A stretch of DNA of 63,719 nt, counting the filler. It is 4 parts of 4 records of this genome, joined end to end, with 100 filler letters (N's around TTAATTAATTAA, not from the genome) between each part and the next. Parts side by side here need not be neighbours in the genome. Positions count along the whole stretch, not along the records: positions 26,898 to 54,221 come from SRR20825019_1765; 3 more parts are not named here. One strand, 5' to 3'. Both the position numbers and the translations under genes were made by a program. Below the pieces are notes generated by a model that was not told the origin of the DNA, did no database searches, and saw only the letters and a program-made list of their open reading frames with translations. Of this stretch, positions 32,139 through 42,889 are shown piece by piece; positions within the stretch are counted from its first letter, which is position 1, and each line of letters opens with the position of its first letter.

Positions 32139-32921
32139 TTAAAGCTCTACATTACCTATAGATGTAACCTCACCATTAACCACCTCAACATCAACAAAAG
32201 TTTGTGATTCAAATCCTGATTCTGGATCTGGGTTTATCGATACTATATAAACACCATTTGGAACGCCGCTTAAAACAAAATTACCTGTAGCATCTGTATA
32301 TGTAGTAATCTCTAATTCGCCTGAAATCGCTATAACTTCTGTTTGAAAGTCACTTGGGTTTACTGTTCCTGAAATTGCACCACTTTCCGCTACTGTAGAT
32401 GCTCTTATGACTGGCTTTAAACTATAGCCTCCATTACCTTGATTTACGATAGACTTATCTGCATCAAAATCTAAAATAAACTCATAAAAAATACCACCTT
32501 CTAAAGTTTCATTTACCTGTATTTTTAATCCAGATTGTTGTGCACTTGGTGTACTCAAAGGAAATGTTTCTCCATCTACAACAACAGAGTTGTTTGTGCC
32601 CAAAATTAATCGTATCTGACTTATGTTACCTGCAGGTATATTATCATCAACTAATAATACGCTAGCTCCACCAGTAAGTTCTAATAAGTTGTAAATACCA
32701 GAATTTACGTCACCTATTACAACATCGTCTTCATCATCTAAATTACCGTTATATTTTACAACAACGTCTTGTACATCTACAAACACAGCATCATAATCAC
32801 CAGGAGCATCTACTAATTTAACACTTAATCTAGCTGGTTCTTCACTTGAAGAGTCATCTTCATTACAAGCTAAAAAGATAACAGCTAACATTATCAAGCT
32901 TATTTTAATTACATATTTCAT
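32139..32921 (-). CDS. DUF4382 domain lipoprotein with carboxypeptidase-regulatory-like C-terminus
   Basis: Lipobox FLAC; VKLVDAPGDYDAV; LSTPSAQQSGLK; LDFDADKS; LKPVIR. Confidence 0.88.
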   Translation of the reverse strand: MKYVIKISLIMLAVIFLACNEDDSSSEEPARLSVKLVDAPGDYDAVFVDVQDVVVKYNGNLDDEDDVVIGDVNSGIYNLLELTGGASVLLVDDNIPAGNISQIRLILGTNNSVVVDGETFPLSTPSAQQSGLKIQVNETLEGGIFYEFILDFDADKSIVNQGNGGYSLKPVIRASTVAESGAISGTVNPSDFQTEVIAISGELEITTYTDATGNFVLSGVPNGVYIVSINPDPESGFESQTFVDVEVVNGEVTSIGNVEL

Positions 32922-33016
32922 AACTATCTTTAATTTTTTGTTTTATCAAATATAGAGGTTAATCAATGTATGAAAAGTCTTATTAACATAGTTTAAGTGT
33001 ACGTTTAACATAAAAC

Positions 33017-33050
33017 AAAAAAGGCCGCTCTATTTCTAAAGCGACCTTTT
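33017..33050 (-). terminator. Intrinsic terminator after the M4 peptidase gene
   Basis: AAAAGGCCGCT...AGCGACCTTTT stem. Confidence 0.75.
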
Positions 33051-33069
33051 CATTTAAGTGTTGGTTAAT

Positions 33070-36000
33070 TTACTCTTTAATAAAGCGTTTTGTTATAGTT
33101 TGTCCATCTATAGTAGCATTTAGTAAATAGATACCACTTTCTAGATTTCCTACTTCTAACGTGTTGCTCAAGTTTCCTTTTGCAACTTGCTGTCCTAACA
33201 TATTAACTATTGTAAATGTTGCTTCTTTTTGAGACACAAAGTCTACTTGTAAAGATGCTCCTTTTACAGGGTTAGGGTAAATATTAAATGTTGAGTTAAC
33301 TGGTGGCGCCTGAGGCACTAGGTTTGTGATTCCAAAAGAAGATCCACAAGCTCCCAAGTTTGTCCAACCACTAGCTGTTCTTTCAAATAAATTACCTTGA
33401 TACGTAACACGATCTCCAGTACTATAAGATTGAGAACTGCTATAAGGTGCAACACCTGCGCAAATGTCTGCTGTACCATCTATAACTCTCACATCATCAA
33501 TAGCGATATCTGCTTGCCACGTAGAGCCTGTAGTTCTATTAAATCTTAGTCTAATAGATGATCCATTATAAGCTGAAAGATCTACAGTTGCAGATTGCCA
33601 AGCATTTCCTTTATTTCCTGTTTCGGAGAATAACGTTGTCCAAGTTGCTCCATCATTATCGCTAACATCTACTTTTAAACTTCCCATATCTGATGCACCA
33701 TACATATGATACTTAAATGTAAAGTTTGGTTGTGCTGTAGCAGATAAATCTATACAAGGTGAATTTAAAATTGCTTGTTTGTTAGGATAGCCTGTACCGT
33801 TTCCAGAAGCTTCAACAAAAACGTAGAAACTACCTTCAACCGCACTTGATGGTCCTGTATTGCTAGATGGTGTACCACTAGCGTCTCTAGTCCAGTTTAT
33901 ATCGTCTGAAGTAGATTGCGTCCAAGCTCCTAAATTACTTTCATAACCTTCTGAATAAGGGAATGAAGAGATACCATTTACACAACCACCACCAGATGCT
34001 GGTGAGTCTGTAGTTACAGATACTGTATTACTAGCTCCAGATACATTTCCTGCGTCGTCTTTTGCGCGAACGTTAAATGTATAATTAGTTCCAGAAGATA
34101 ATCCGGTAATTTGAGCAGATGTATTAGCTGTAGTTCCTAATAAAGTAGTTCCTTGATAAACATCATATCCTGTTACTCCAACATTATCGTTTGAAGCATT
34201 CCAAGATAAATCTACTGTAGTTTCTGTGATGTTAGAAGCAGATAAATTTGTTGGCACACTTGGTGCTTGAGTATCTGCAGCAGAGCTTCCAATATTAACT
34301 GTATAATCTTCTACTTCACCATAGCTAAATGATTCACAAGCGCTAGGCACACCGTTATATTTCATAGAAACTCTCATACGAGTAGCTCCATCTGAAGCAT
34401 TGGTTGGGACTGTAAAGCTACCACTTACAGGTGTATTTTGTGTAGCTGCAACACTTGTAACTAATTCTCCAGAATCAGAAAAATCACCATCTTGGTTATA
34501 ATCTATCCAAACGGCATAGCCCTCAGAATATACAGTTCCTGTCCAGGTAGGTGTAATTGTAATTGTATACGCATCACCTTTTGCCAAGTCTGTTTCCACA
34601 GCTGTATGATTTTGGTATCCACCGCTTCCGGCACCAGAAGTATTATTAATATCTGCCAATTGTACTCTAGAGATATACTCATCTGCAACACTGTTACCAT
34701 TAGAGGCACAATAGTTAGAGCCACCATTTCCTCCACCAAAAGCATCACCTACATTAACGGCATGCCAAGCATTTGTAACTGCCTGCTCTTCTGCGCCACC
34801 AGCTCCATAAAGATCTTTAGCCGCTTGTATTGCGCCAGCTCTTGCATTTGCAAACGTAGAGTTTGCAGATAAATAGTTATTTAATGTTCTGTAAGCAATT
34901 TTAGCAGATTTATCCATACCAATTCCACTTACTGAAAACACATCGCCAACGTCATTTGTACCATTGCCACCTTCAACTAATAAGTAAAACCAGTAGTTTA
35001 ATACACCAGAGTTTGTATGTACTCCACAATAGTCATTAGATTGCGTTGGTGTTCCACAATTAGGGTTTTGCCAGAATTGACCTCCATAAGTATCTGGTTG
35101 TCCTAATGATGTTGGATTACTCATAGAGCGTAGAGCCGCTGAGCCGCTTCGTCTATCAATTTCATCTCCTATTAACCAAACTTCATCAGTTGGGTTAGTA
35201 TCACTTCCATTTCCTTTTGCAAAATGCTCTACTGCTGCACCCCAAATATCTGAGAAGCCTTCATTAAGACCACCAGATTCTCTTTGATATGCAAGATTTG
35301 CAGTAAACGTTGTTACAGCATGTCCTATTTCATGAGATGCAACATCTATACTTGTTAATGCATCAAAAAATCCATTTCCTTCATTACCATTCGAAGAACC
35401 ATCACCGTAAGACATTACAGAACCATTCCAGAATGCGTTATCATAATTGTTATCTACGTGAACATAACTTCTAATTTGTGCACCACTACCGTTGTAACTA
35501 TCACGACCGTGAACTTGTTGCCAGTAATCATACGTTTCCATTGCACCCCAATGAGCATCTAAAGCCGCATTATCTTTATTTGCGCTATGCTCTGCAGTTG
35601 TCCAATTATTATCATTGTCTGTAAACTCATCATAATTATTTATATAAGGATACGTACCTCCTGGCGCCTGATTTTTAGCATCACGAGTATAAACATCTCT
35701 ACCAGTATCTGCTAACCTATAGCTACCACCAGCAAGTTGAGTTTCAATAGTACGAGAACCACTATAACGTGTAGCAGCAGTACCACTAGCCATCATAGCT
35801 ATGCTTGTATAATTATCATACGTTGTATCATCTTCAAATTGAGATACAGTTACCATTGGCTCACCTACGTGACCAAAAGAGTTTGCGTGTTTAATAGTTG
35901 CATTGTAAAATAATGCGTCTCCATTTTTAGCATCTATATAAATATCTCCACGACTAATTGGATACGTTGCATAAATATCAAATTTGTAGGCTAACTTGTA

Positions 36001-36534
36001 AGTAGAAATTTCATCACCATTATACATTGGTAAAATTACTAGGTCACCTGTAGGTTTTTGGTAACCATCCATTTCTGCAGCTGCATCTGGATATTCCCAT
36101 AAATAATGTTGCGCACCTATGTGGTTAACAGCGCGCATTAATGCTTGTTGGTTAGTTAATGTTGTTGTAACATCTAAATCTTTTATAGGATAATACTCAC
36201 CACTTACTGCTTGTGGGATACCTTGTTTAGAATGTAGTTTTGAAATTGCAAACTCAACAGGAATGCCTTGATGGCGTTGTTGAAATTCTTGCTGTGAAAA
36301 TCCGAGATTGTCTGTAGATTGCTTTCGAGGAGTAAGTTGATTGTTTTGGCCTAGGTTATAAACTTGTCCTAGTACATCTTGAGGGCTAGATGATTTTCTT
36401 TGAGTATCGTCTAAAACAATTAGTTTAGGCGGTTGCTTTACATTGCGTTTTTCGTCTCTTCGATCTGTTTGTGCTTGTAGCATTGGAGCACAGAATAAAA
36501 GAGCGAAAAATACACTTCCATAAAAATTTCTCAT
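33070..36534 (-). CDS. M4 (thermolysin-family) metallopeptidase with GEVED, FN3, MAM-like, CBM5/12-like and T9SS C-terminal domains
   Basis: NAFWNG, HEIGH, GLNEGFSDI, GVHTNSGV; YGEVEDY; DTQAPSVPTNL FN3; TPSSNTGPS MAM; YSTGDRVTYQG; IYPNPVK...KRFIKE. Confidence 0.95.
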   Translation of the reverse strand: MRNFYGSVFFALLFCAPMLQAQTDRRDEKRNVKQPPKLIVLDDTQRKSSSPQDVLGQVYNLGQNNQLTPRKQSTDNLGFSQQEFQQRHQGIPVEFAISKLHSKQGIPQAVSGEYYPIKDLDVTTTLTNQQALMRAVNHIGAQHYLWEYPDAAAEMDGYQKPTGDLVILPMYNGDEISTYKLAYKFDIYATYPISRGDIYIDAKNGDALFYNATIKHANSFGHVGEPMVTVSQFEDDTTYDNYTSIAMMASGTAATRYSGSRTIETQLAGGSYRLADTGRDVYTRDAKNQAPGGTYPYINNYDEFTDNDNNWTTAEHSANKDNAALDAHWGAMETYDYWQQVHGRDSYNGSGAQIRSYVHVDNNYDNAFWNGSVMSYGDGSSNGNEGNGFFDALTSIDVASHEIGHAVTTFTANLAYQRESGGLNEGFSDIWGAAVEHFAKGNGSDTNPTDEVWLIGDEIDRRSGSAALRSMSNPTSLGQPDTYGGQFWQNPNCGTPTQSNDYCGVHTNSGVLNYWFYLLVEGGNGTNDVGDVFSVSGIGMDKSAKIAYRTLNNYLSANSTFANARAGAIQAAKDLYGAGGAEEQAVTNAWHAVNVGDAFGGGNGGSNYCASNGNSVADEYISRVQLADINNTSGAGSGGYQNHTAVETDLAKGDAYTITITPTWTGTVYSEGYAVWIDYNQDGDFSDSGELVTSVAATQNTPVSGSFTVPTNASDGATRMRVSMKYNGVPSACESFSYGEVEDYTVNIGSSAADTQAPSVPTNLSASNITETTVDLSWNASNDNVGVTGYDVYQGTTLLGTTANTSAQITGLSSGTNYTFNVRAKDDAGNVSGASNTVSVTTDSPASGGGCVNGISSFPYSEGYESNLGAWTQSTSDDINWTRDASGTPSSNTGPSSAVEGSFYVFVEASGNGTGYPNKQAILNSPCIDLSATAQPNFTFKYHMYGASDMGSLKVDVSDNDGATWTTLFSETGNKGNAWQSATVDLSAYNGSSIRLRFNRTTGSTWQADIAIDDVRVIDGTADICAGVAPYSSSQSYSTGDRVTYQGNLFERTASGWTNLGACGSSFGITNLVPQAPPVNSTFNIYPNPVKGASLQVDFVSQKEATFTIVNMLGQQVAKGNLSNTLEVGNLESGIYLLNATIDGQTITKRFIKE

Positions 36535-36747
36535 AAAATAAAGGGTTTAGTTAATGAATTGTGTAAATACTTCCTGAATTCACAAAAAGCAACCGAAGTA
36601 AATGAATTTTATTTAAACACTATGTTATAATCGATGAAGCGCACAATAAATTAACTTTTAGTTAACAATTATAGTGTTCTTTTTGTTAAAATTATGGTTT
36701 AACCATAGTTTGAAAGCCACGGCTTTAACCCTATTAATTGTTAAAAG

Positions 36748-38442
36748 ATGATTACTTTTGAAGATATGTTAACTGTACAGAACCTAACCATTGCTTTTAA
36801 ATCGCAAGACGACTTTATTCCGGTTGTTAACAATATTTCATTTAACCTTAAACCTAACGAAATACTTGGCGTTGTTGGTGAATCTGGTTCTGGGAAATCT
36901 GTGTCTACTCTCGCTATATCTGGTCTTTTGCCTAAGAAAATCTCTAAAATAACTTCTGGCAATATCATATTTGAAGGAACTTCTCTACTAGAATATTCTA
37001 ACGTCCAAATGACAATGTTAAGAGGCAAAGAGATTGCTATGATTTTTCAAGAACCTATGAGTGCTTTAAACCCTTCTATGACTTGCGGAGCACAGGTACT
37101 TGAAATTATATTGCAACATAAAGACATAACACCTGCTAAAGCTAAGGTTGAAACGCTTCAGTTATTTGAAAAGGTTAAGTTGCCTAGGCCAAAAGATATT
37201 TTTAAAAGCTATCCTCATCAAATAAGTGGAGGCCAAATGCAACGTGTAATGATTGCCATGGCTATTGCCTGTAAACCAAAGATTCTTATTGCAGACGAAC
37301 CAACAACAGCATTAGATGTAACTGTACAGAAAGAAATAATTCAGCTTTTAAAGGCGCTTCAGAAAGATACTAAAATGAGTATTATATTTATATCTCATGA
37401 CTTGGCTTTGGTTTCAGAAATTGCTCAACGTGTTATTGTTATGCACAAAGGTAATATTGTTGAAGAAGGCAAAACAGAAGACATATTTTTGCAACCTAAG
37501 CAACTTTATACCAAAGCATTAATTGCATCTAAACCTAATACTAAAATTCATTTAAAAAGACTACCTACCGTTAGTGACTTTATGAACAATACTGTACCAA
37601 CAGATACGATAAGTGACAATGAAAAACGTTTATTTAGGAAACAACTCTTTGAGCAAAAACCATTGTTGGAAGTAGTTAATATAGATAAAGAGTTTTACAG
37701 CAATGCCGGATTATTTAATAAAGCAACCATTGTAAAAGCTGTTAATAATGTAAGCTTTAAGGTTTATGAAGGTGAGACCTTAGGGTTGGTTGGTGAAAGT
37801 GGATGCGGAAAATCTACACTTGGAAATGTTATTCTACAACTTCACAAGGCTACAAAGGGTAAAGTATTTTATAAGGGAGAAGATATTACTAAATTAAAAA
37901 GCAAAGCTTTAAGGGTTTTACGTAAAGATATTCAGTTAATTTTTCAGGACCCATTTTCTTCATTAAACCCAAGGATTACTGTTGGTAAAGCAATTGAAGA
38001 GCCTATGAAAGTTCATAAATTATACAAAAACGATGACGAGCGTAAAGAAAAAGTAATTTCGATTTTAAAACGCGTAGGCTTAGACGCTTCACACTATTAT
38101 AGGTATCCTCACGAGTTTAGTGGCGGCCAACGCCAACGTATTGGTATAGCTAGAACAATTGCATTACAACCAAAACTGATTGTGTGTGATGAATCTGTGT
38201 CTGCCCTAGACATCTCTGTGCAAGCGCAAGTGCTTAATTTATTAAATGAGTTAAAAGAAGATTTTGGATTTACCTATATCTTTATTTCTCATGATTTGTC
38301 TGTTGTTAAGTATATGGCAGATGAGCTTATTGTCATGAATAAAGGACAGATTGAAGAGCAAGGTGATCCAGACCATATTTATGAAAACCCAAAAACGCAT
38401 TACACCAAACGTTTAATAGCAGCTATTCCTAAAGGCATCTAA
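36748..38442 (+). CDS. Dipeptide/oligopeptide-type ABC transporter ATP-binding protein with two NBDs
   Basis: Two Walker A (GESGSGKS, GESGCGKS); YPHQISGGQ and YPHEFSGGQ; DEPTT and DESVS. Confidence 0.95.
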   Translation: MITFEDMLTVQNLTIAFKSQDDFIPVVNNISFNLKPNEILGVVGESGSGKSVSTLAISGLLPKKISKITSGNIIFEGTSLLEYSNVQMTMLRGKEIAMIFQEPMSALNPSMTCGAQVLEIILQHKDITPAKAKVETLQLFEKVKLPRPKDIFKSYPHQISGGQMQRVMIAMAIACKPKILIADEPTTALDVTVQKEIIQLLKALQKDTKMSIIFISHDLALVSEIAQRVIVMHKGNIVEEGKTEDIFLQPKQLYTKALIASKPNTKIHLKRLPTVSDFMNNTVPTDTISDNEKRLFRKQLFEQKPLLEVVNIDKEFYSNAGLFNKATIVKAVNNVSFKVYEGETLGLVGESGCGKSTLGNVILQLHKATKGKVFYKGEDITKLKSKALRVLRKDIQLIFQDPFSSLNPRITVGKAIEEPMKVHKLYKNDDERKEKVISILKRVGLDASHYYRYPHEFSGGQRQRIGIARTIALQPKLIVCDESVSALDISVQAQVLNLLNELKEDFGFTYIFISHDLSVVKYMADELIVMNKGQIEEQGDPDHIYENPKTHYTKRLIAAIPKGI

Positions 38443-38483
38443 TCCTATAAAGTTTCCTACTTTTACACTTTAAATCAATACGA

Positions 38484-39938
38484 TTGAGTGTTCTAAAAAA
38501 CTTATTTAAGCAAACCGTTATTTATGGCCTAGCTACGGTCATACCTAGAATGATGAGTTTTGTTTTATTGCCACTTTATACAGACTTGCTGCCTACTCAG
38601 GAATACGGTAAAGTTTCAATAATATTTGCTTGGATAGTTGTTTTTAATGTTATCCTAGCCTACGGTATGGAAACTGCTTTCTTTAGGTTTTATCACGATG
38701 ATAAGACTAAAAGCAGTGTAAAAGGCACATCTGCACTCTCTATTGCAATTAGCTCCTTAATTTTTTTAGGCTTAGCACTGTACCTAAAATCTCACTTAGC
38801 ATCTTTAATAAATATTGATGTTAAGTATATCACTTTCGTGATCTGGATTTTAGTTTTAGACGCCTTGGTAATCATCCCTTTCTCAATATTAAGAGCGAAA
38901 GGAAAATCTATGCTTTATAGCATATTAAAGATAGTTAATGTTGCTATAAACTTGGGGTTAAATGTTTTCTTCCTAGTTATTTTAAAAGATCTTATAAACC
39001 CTTCTAAAGAAGTGTTTTGGAATAGTATTTGGTTTTCTGGAGCAGAGATTTCATATATCTTTATTTCTAATTTAATTGCCAGCTTACTAACACTTTTAAT
39101 GTTGGTTCCTCTTTACTTTAAAATTAAACTTAGAATAAACTTTTCACTATTAAAGAAAATGCTTCGATTTGGGTTTCCAGTTATGATAGCAGGCTTGGCG
39201 TACGCAGTTAATGAAACTTTTGATAGAATTTTATTAGATTACTTATTACCATCAGAAACTGCAGAGTCTCAAATTGGAGCGTATGCAGCGTGTTATAAGT
39301 TAGCCTTGTTTATAACGCTTTTTGCAACTGCATTTAGATTAGGTATAGAACCCTTTTTCTTCAGTCATTCAAAAGAAAAAAACTCAAAAGAAACCTATGC
39401 TTTAATCACTAAATACTTTGTGTTAATAGGTTTAGGTATTTTACTATCTGTTATCGTTTTTATTGATGTACTCAAAGAACTTTTCATAAGAGACGAATCT
39501 TATTGGGAAGCTATGACAGTTGTACCATATATCTTATTAGCAAATTTATGCTTGGGTATTTACTTTAATCTTTCTGTTTGGTATAAGATTACAGACCGCA
39601 CTAAATTTGGTGCATACTTTTCTGTAGTTGGAGCTTTGGTAACATTAGCATTAAACTTTTGGCTTATCCCCATTATAGGATATAAAGGATCTGCTATAGC
39701 TACACTTTCTGCATATGGCACAATGATGATTTTATCCTGGTATTTTGGCAAAAAACACTACCCTATACCTTATAATTTAAAAAAACTGGGGATTTTTACT
39801 GTTTTGGCTCTTGGGTTTTCTGCACTTTCGTTCTTGTTGTTTAGAGGCAACCTTATTATAGGAGTGTTATTAATAGCTGTGTTTTTTGGGGCTTTATATG
39901 TTTCAGAACGCAAGGAACTTAAACAATTTTTAAAATAG
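38484..39938 (+). CDS. Polysaccharide biosynthesis flippase-like (MOP superfamily) membrane protein
   Basis: LFKQTVIYGL, YGMETAFFRF, many TM segments. Confidence 0.88.
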   Translation: MSVLKNLFKQTVIYGLATVIPRMMSFVLLPLYTDLLPTQEYGKVSIIFAWIVVFNVILAYGMETAFFRFYHDDKTKSSVKGTSALSIAISSLIFLGLALYLKSHLASLINIDVKYITFVIWILVLDALVIIPFSILRAKGKSMLYSILKIVNVAINLGLNVFFLVILKDLINPSKEVFWNSIWFSGAEISYIFISNLIASLLTLLMLVPLYFKIKLRINFSLLKKMLRFGFPVMIAGLAYAVNETFDRILLDYLLPSETAESQIGAYAACYKLALFITLFATAFRLGIEPFFFSHSKEKNSKETYALITKYFVLIGLGILLSVIVFIDVLKELFIRDESYWEAMTVVPYILLANLCLGIYFNLSVWYKITDRTKFGAYFSVVGALVTLALNFWLIPIIGYKGSAIATLSAYGTMMILSWYFGKKHYPIPYNLKKLGIFTVLALGFSALSFLLFRGNLIIGVLLIAVFFGALYVSERKELKQFLK

Positions 39939-40006
39939 ATACAGAATCTCTTTCAATAAAAGACAATATTTTGAGTTACAATTAAGACTAACAAACAAAC
40001 TAGTAT

Positions 40007-40441
40007 ATGACCATTAATATTATTAATAAATCATCTCATAAACTACCTCATTACGAAACCATCGCTTCTGCAGGAATGGACCTAAGAGCACACCTAAGTG
40101 AATCGGTAATCTTAAAACCATTAGAGCGTGCTATTATAAAAACAGGATTGTTTATTGAACTTCCTATTGGTATAGAAGCTCAGGTTAGACCACGTAGCGG
40201 CTTGGCAGCTAAAAAAGGAATTACTGTATTAAATGCGCCTGGTACAATAGATGCAGATTATAGAGGTGAAATTGGAGTGATTCTTGTAAATTTGAGCAAC
40301 GAAAACTTTAAAATAGAAGATGGTGAGCGCATAGCTCAACTGGTTATAGCCAAGCATGAAAGAGCTGATTGGCACGAAGTAACTACACTATCTGAAACCT
40401 CTAGAGGTGAAGGTGGCTTTGGTAGTACTGGTACAAAATAA
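40007..40441 (+). CDS. dut: dUTP diphosphatase
   Basis: [34 protein letters not shown]. Confidence 0.98.
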   Translation: MTINIINKSSHKLPHYETIASAGMDLRAHLSESVILKPLERAIIKTGLFIELPIGIEAQVRPRSGLAAKKGITVLNAPGTIDADYRGEIGVILVNLSNENFKIEDGERIAQLVIAKHERADWHEVTTLSETSRGEGGFGSTGTK

Positions 40442-40496
40442 CACGTACATTTTAAAAATTAACTAACTAAAATTAGTCCTAAACAGGACAAGAGAT

Positions 40497-41507
40497 ATGA
40501 AAATTATTGTTCCAATGGCAGGTCGAGGTTCTAGACTACGCCCACATACACTTACAGTACCTAAACCATTAATTCCTATTGCAGGTAAACCAATTGTACA
40601 CAGATTGGTAGAAGATATTGCAAAAGTTATAAATGAACCAATTGATGAAATTGCATTTATTATTGGAGAAGATTTTGGTGAAAAGGTAGAAGTAGATTTA
40701 CGTGAGATTGCCGGACAGTTAGGTGCTAAAGGCACTATTTATTATCAAGATAAACCAATGGGAACTGGTCACGCTATTATGTGTGCTGCAGATTCTTTAA
40801 ATGGTCCTGCAGTAGTAGCATATGCAGATACGTTATTTAGAGCAGACTTTAAACTAGATCCTAGCGCAGATGCTGTAATATGGGTAAAGCAGGTCGAAGA
40901 CCCTTCACAATATGGTGTTGTACAGCTTAATAATAATAATGAAATTACAGCCTTGGTAGAAAAGCCAGAAGAAGACGTTTCAGATCTTGCTGTAATTGGT
41001 ATTTACTATTTTAAAAAGGTTGAAGTTTTAAAAGAACACTTACAAAGTGTGCTCGAAAACAACATTCTTCGTGGTGGCGAGTATCAAATAAATGACGGTA
41101 TTTTAGGAATGATGACTAGCGGAAATGTATTTAAAACCGGTCAAATAGATGAATGGATGGATTGTGGTAACAAAACTGTTACTGTCGATACTAATTCTAG
41201 AATGCTACAGTTCCTAAAAGAAGATGGCAATTCTTTAGTTAGCGATACTGTTACCTTAACAAATTCTGAAATTATCGAGCCTTGCTATATAGGTGAAAAT
41301 GTTGTGTTAGAAAACACTACCGTTGGTCCTAATGTTTCTTTGGGAGATAACTGTAAACTTACAGATGTTACCATAAAAAACAGTTTAGTACAACACGATA
41401 CTGTAATAAAGAACGCTAAACTTAACAATGCTATGATTGGTAGTCACGCTGTATATAATGGCGATTTTACCGAAATTAGTATTGGAGATTACTCTAAGTT
41501 GGAATAA
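40497..41507 (+). CDS. Sugar-phosphate nucleotidyltransferase
   Basis: PMAGRGSRLRPHTLTVPKPL; WMDCG; C-terminal hexapeptide-like repeats. Confidence 0.92.
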   Translation: MKIIVPMAGRGSRLRPHTLTVPKPLIPIAGKPIVHRLVEDIAKVINEPIDEIAFIIGEDFGEKVEVDLREIAGQLGAKGTIYYQDKPMGTGHAIMCAADSLNGPAVVAYADTLFRADFKLDPSADAVIWVKQVEDPSQYGVVQLNNNNEITALVEKPEEDVSDLAVIGIYYFKKVEVLKEHLQSVLENNILRGGEYQINDGILGMMTSGNVFKTGQIDEWMDCGNKTVTVDTNSRMLQFLKEDGNSLVSDTVTLTNSEIIEPCYIGENVVLENTTVGPNVSLGDNCKLTDVTIKNSLVQHDTVIKNAKLNNAMIGSHAVYNGDFTEISIGDYSKLE

Positions 41508-41539
41508 AAGTTGATTTAAAAATTATAAATTTTATACGC

Positions 41540-42889
41540 TTGAAACTCATTTGTATCTTTTTAACTTTCTTTTTGTCTTCAACACTGTTGATGGCACAGG
41601 AAGATGATGCCCAACAAGATATAAATGTAGATGATTTAGGTAATGTATCTAATACATTTAAAGAGCAGTTTTTTGAAGCTTTAAAGCAAAAGGGAATAGA
41701 AAATTATGATCGTGCCATTCAAGCATTACAACGTTGTTTAGCACAAGAGCCTAAAAATGCAGTCATTCATTTTGAATTAGGGAAAAACTATAACGCCTTA
41801 AAACAATATGACGCTGCAGAAGAAAGCCTAAAAGAAGCGTTGGTTTATCGAAAAGATGATGAAGACATCTTAAAAGAATTGTATGATGTACAATTTAGTA
41901 AACAGGATTTCCAGGCTGCAGTAACAACAGTAAAACAGCTTATTACTTATAATATTATTTATAAGGAAGACTTGGCTAAGCTTTACCAACGTACTAAAGA
42001 ATTTGATAAGGCTATAGAGCAGTTAGATGAGATAGACAATGCTCAAGGTTCCAGTATTTACAGAGATAATTTACGCCGTGTTATTTACAACCAAACAAAT
42101 AATAAAGAAGCACAAGCTAACAGATTAGAGCAACAGATAAAGGCAGCTCCTGGCAATATTCAAAATTACCTCAACCTTATATATGTTTATAGTGAGATGT
42201 CAGCTAATGATAAAGCCTTTTCAACTGCACAGCGCCTTTTAAAAGCGCATCCAGATGCAGAACCTGCACATTTAGCAATTTACAAAGGTTATCTAGAAAA
42301 AGGCCAAGTTGAAAATGCAATAGCATCTATGAAAATAGTCTTAAAAAGCAATCAAGTAGATAAGGAAACAAAAGGAAAGGTTCTTAAAGACTTTATGCGC
42401 TATTCTACTGAAAACCCTGAGGTTTCAAATGAATTAGAATCTGTATTGAGTGATGAAGACAATGATAAAGACCCTAAAGAATTAGGTTTGTTTTATTTAG
42501 AGCAGAAAGATAAGCCTAAAGCGTTAGCATATTTTTTTGAGGCGCTTAACGACTATCCTACAGACTATGTAGTATTAAAAAACCTAGCTTTATTACAAAT
42601 TGATGCACTTCAATTTAAAGAAGCTATTACTACCACATCAAAAGCATTAGAGGTATACCCTTCACAACCACTACTCTATTTGTTACAAGGTGTGGCCTAT
42701 AACAACACATCCAATTTTAATAAAGCCTTAGAAAGTTTAGAATTTGGCATAGATTATATTATTGAAGATGCTCAAATGCAAGCAGATATGTTCACCCAAA
42801 TGAGCGAGGCATATAAAGGTATGGGCAATAATGCAAAAGCTACAGAGTTTTTAAATAGAGCTACCCAAGCTAAAAAACAAGCCAATTAA
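41540..42889 (+). CDS. Tetratricopeptide-repeat protein with signal peptide
   Basis: Repeated helical TPR-like units; FFEALKQKGIENYDRAI. Confidence 0.85.
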   Translation: MKLICIFLTFFLSSTLLMAQEDDAQQDINVDDLGNVSNTFKEQFFEALKQKGIENYDRAIQALQRCLAQEPKNAVIHFELGKNYNALKQYDAAEESLKEALVYRKDDEDILKELYDVQFSKQDFQAAVTTVKQLITYNIIYKEDLAKLYQRTKEFDKAIEQLDEIDNAQGSSIYRDNLRRVIYNQTNNKEAQANRLEQQIKAAPGNIQNYLNLIYVYSEMSANDKAFSTAQRLLKAHPDAEPAHLAIYKGYLEKGQVENAIASMKIVLKSNQVDKETKGKVLKDFMRYSTENPEVSNELESVLSDEDNDKDPKELGLFYLEQKDKPKALAYFFEALNDYPTDYVVLKNLALLQIDALQFKEAITTTSKALEVYPSQPLLYLLQGVAYNNTSNFNKALESLEFGIDYIIEDAQMQADMFTQMSEAYKGMGNNAKATEFLNRATQAKKQAN

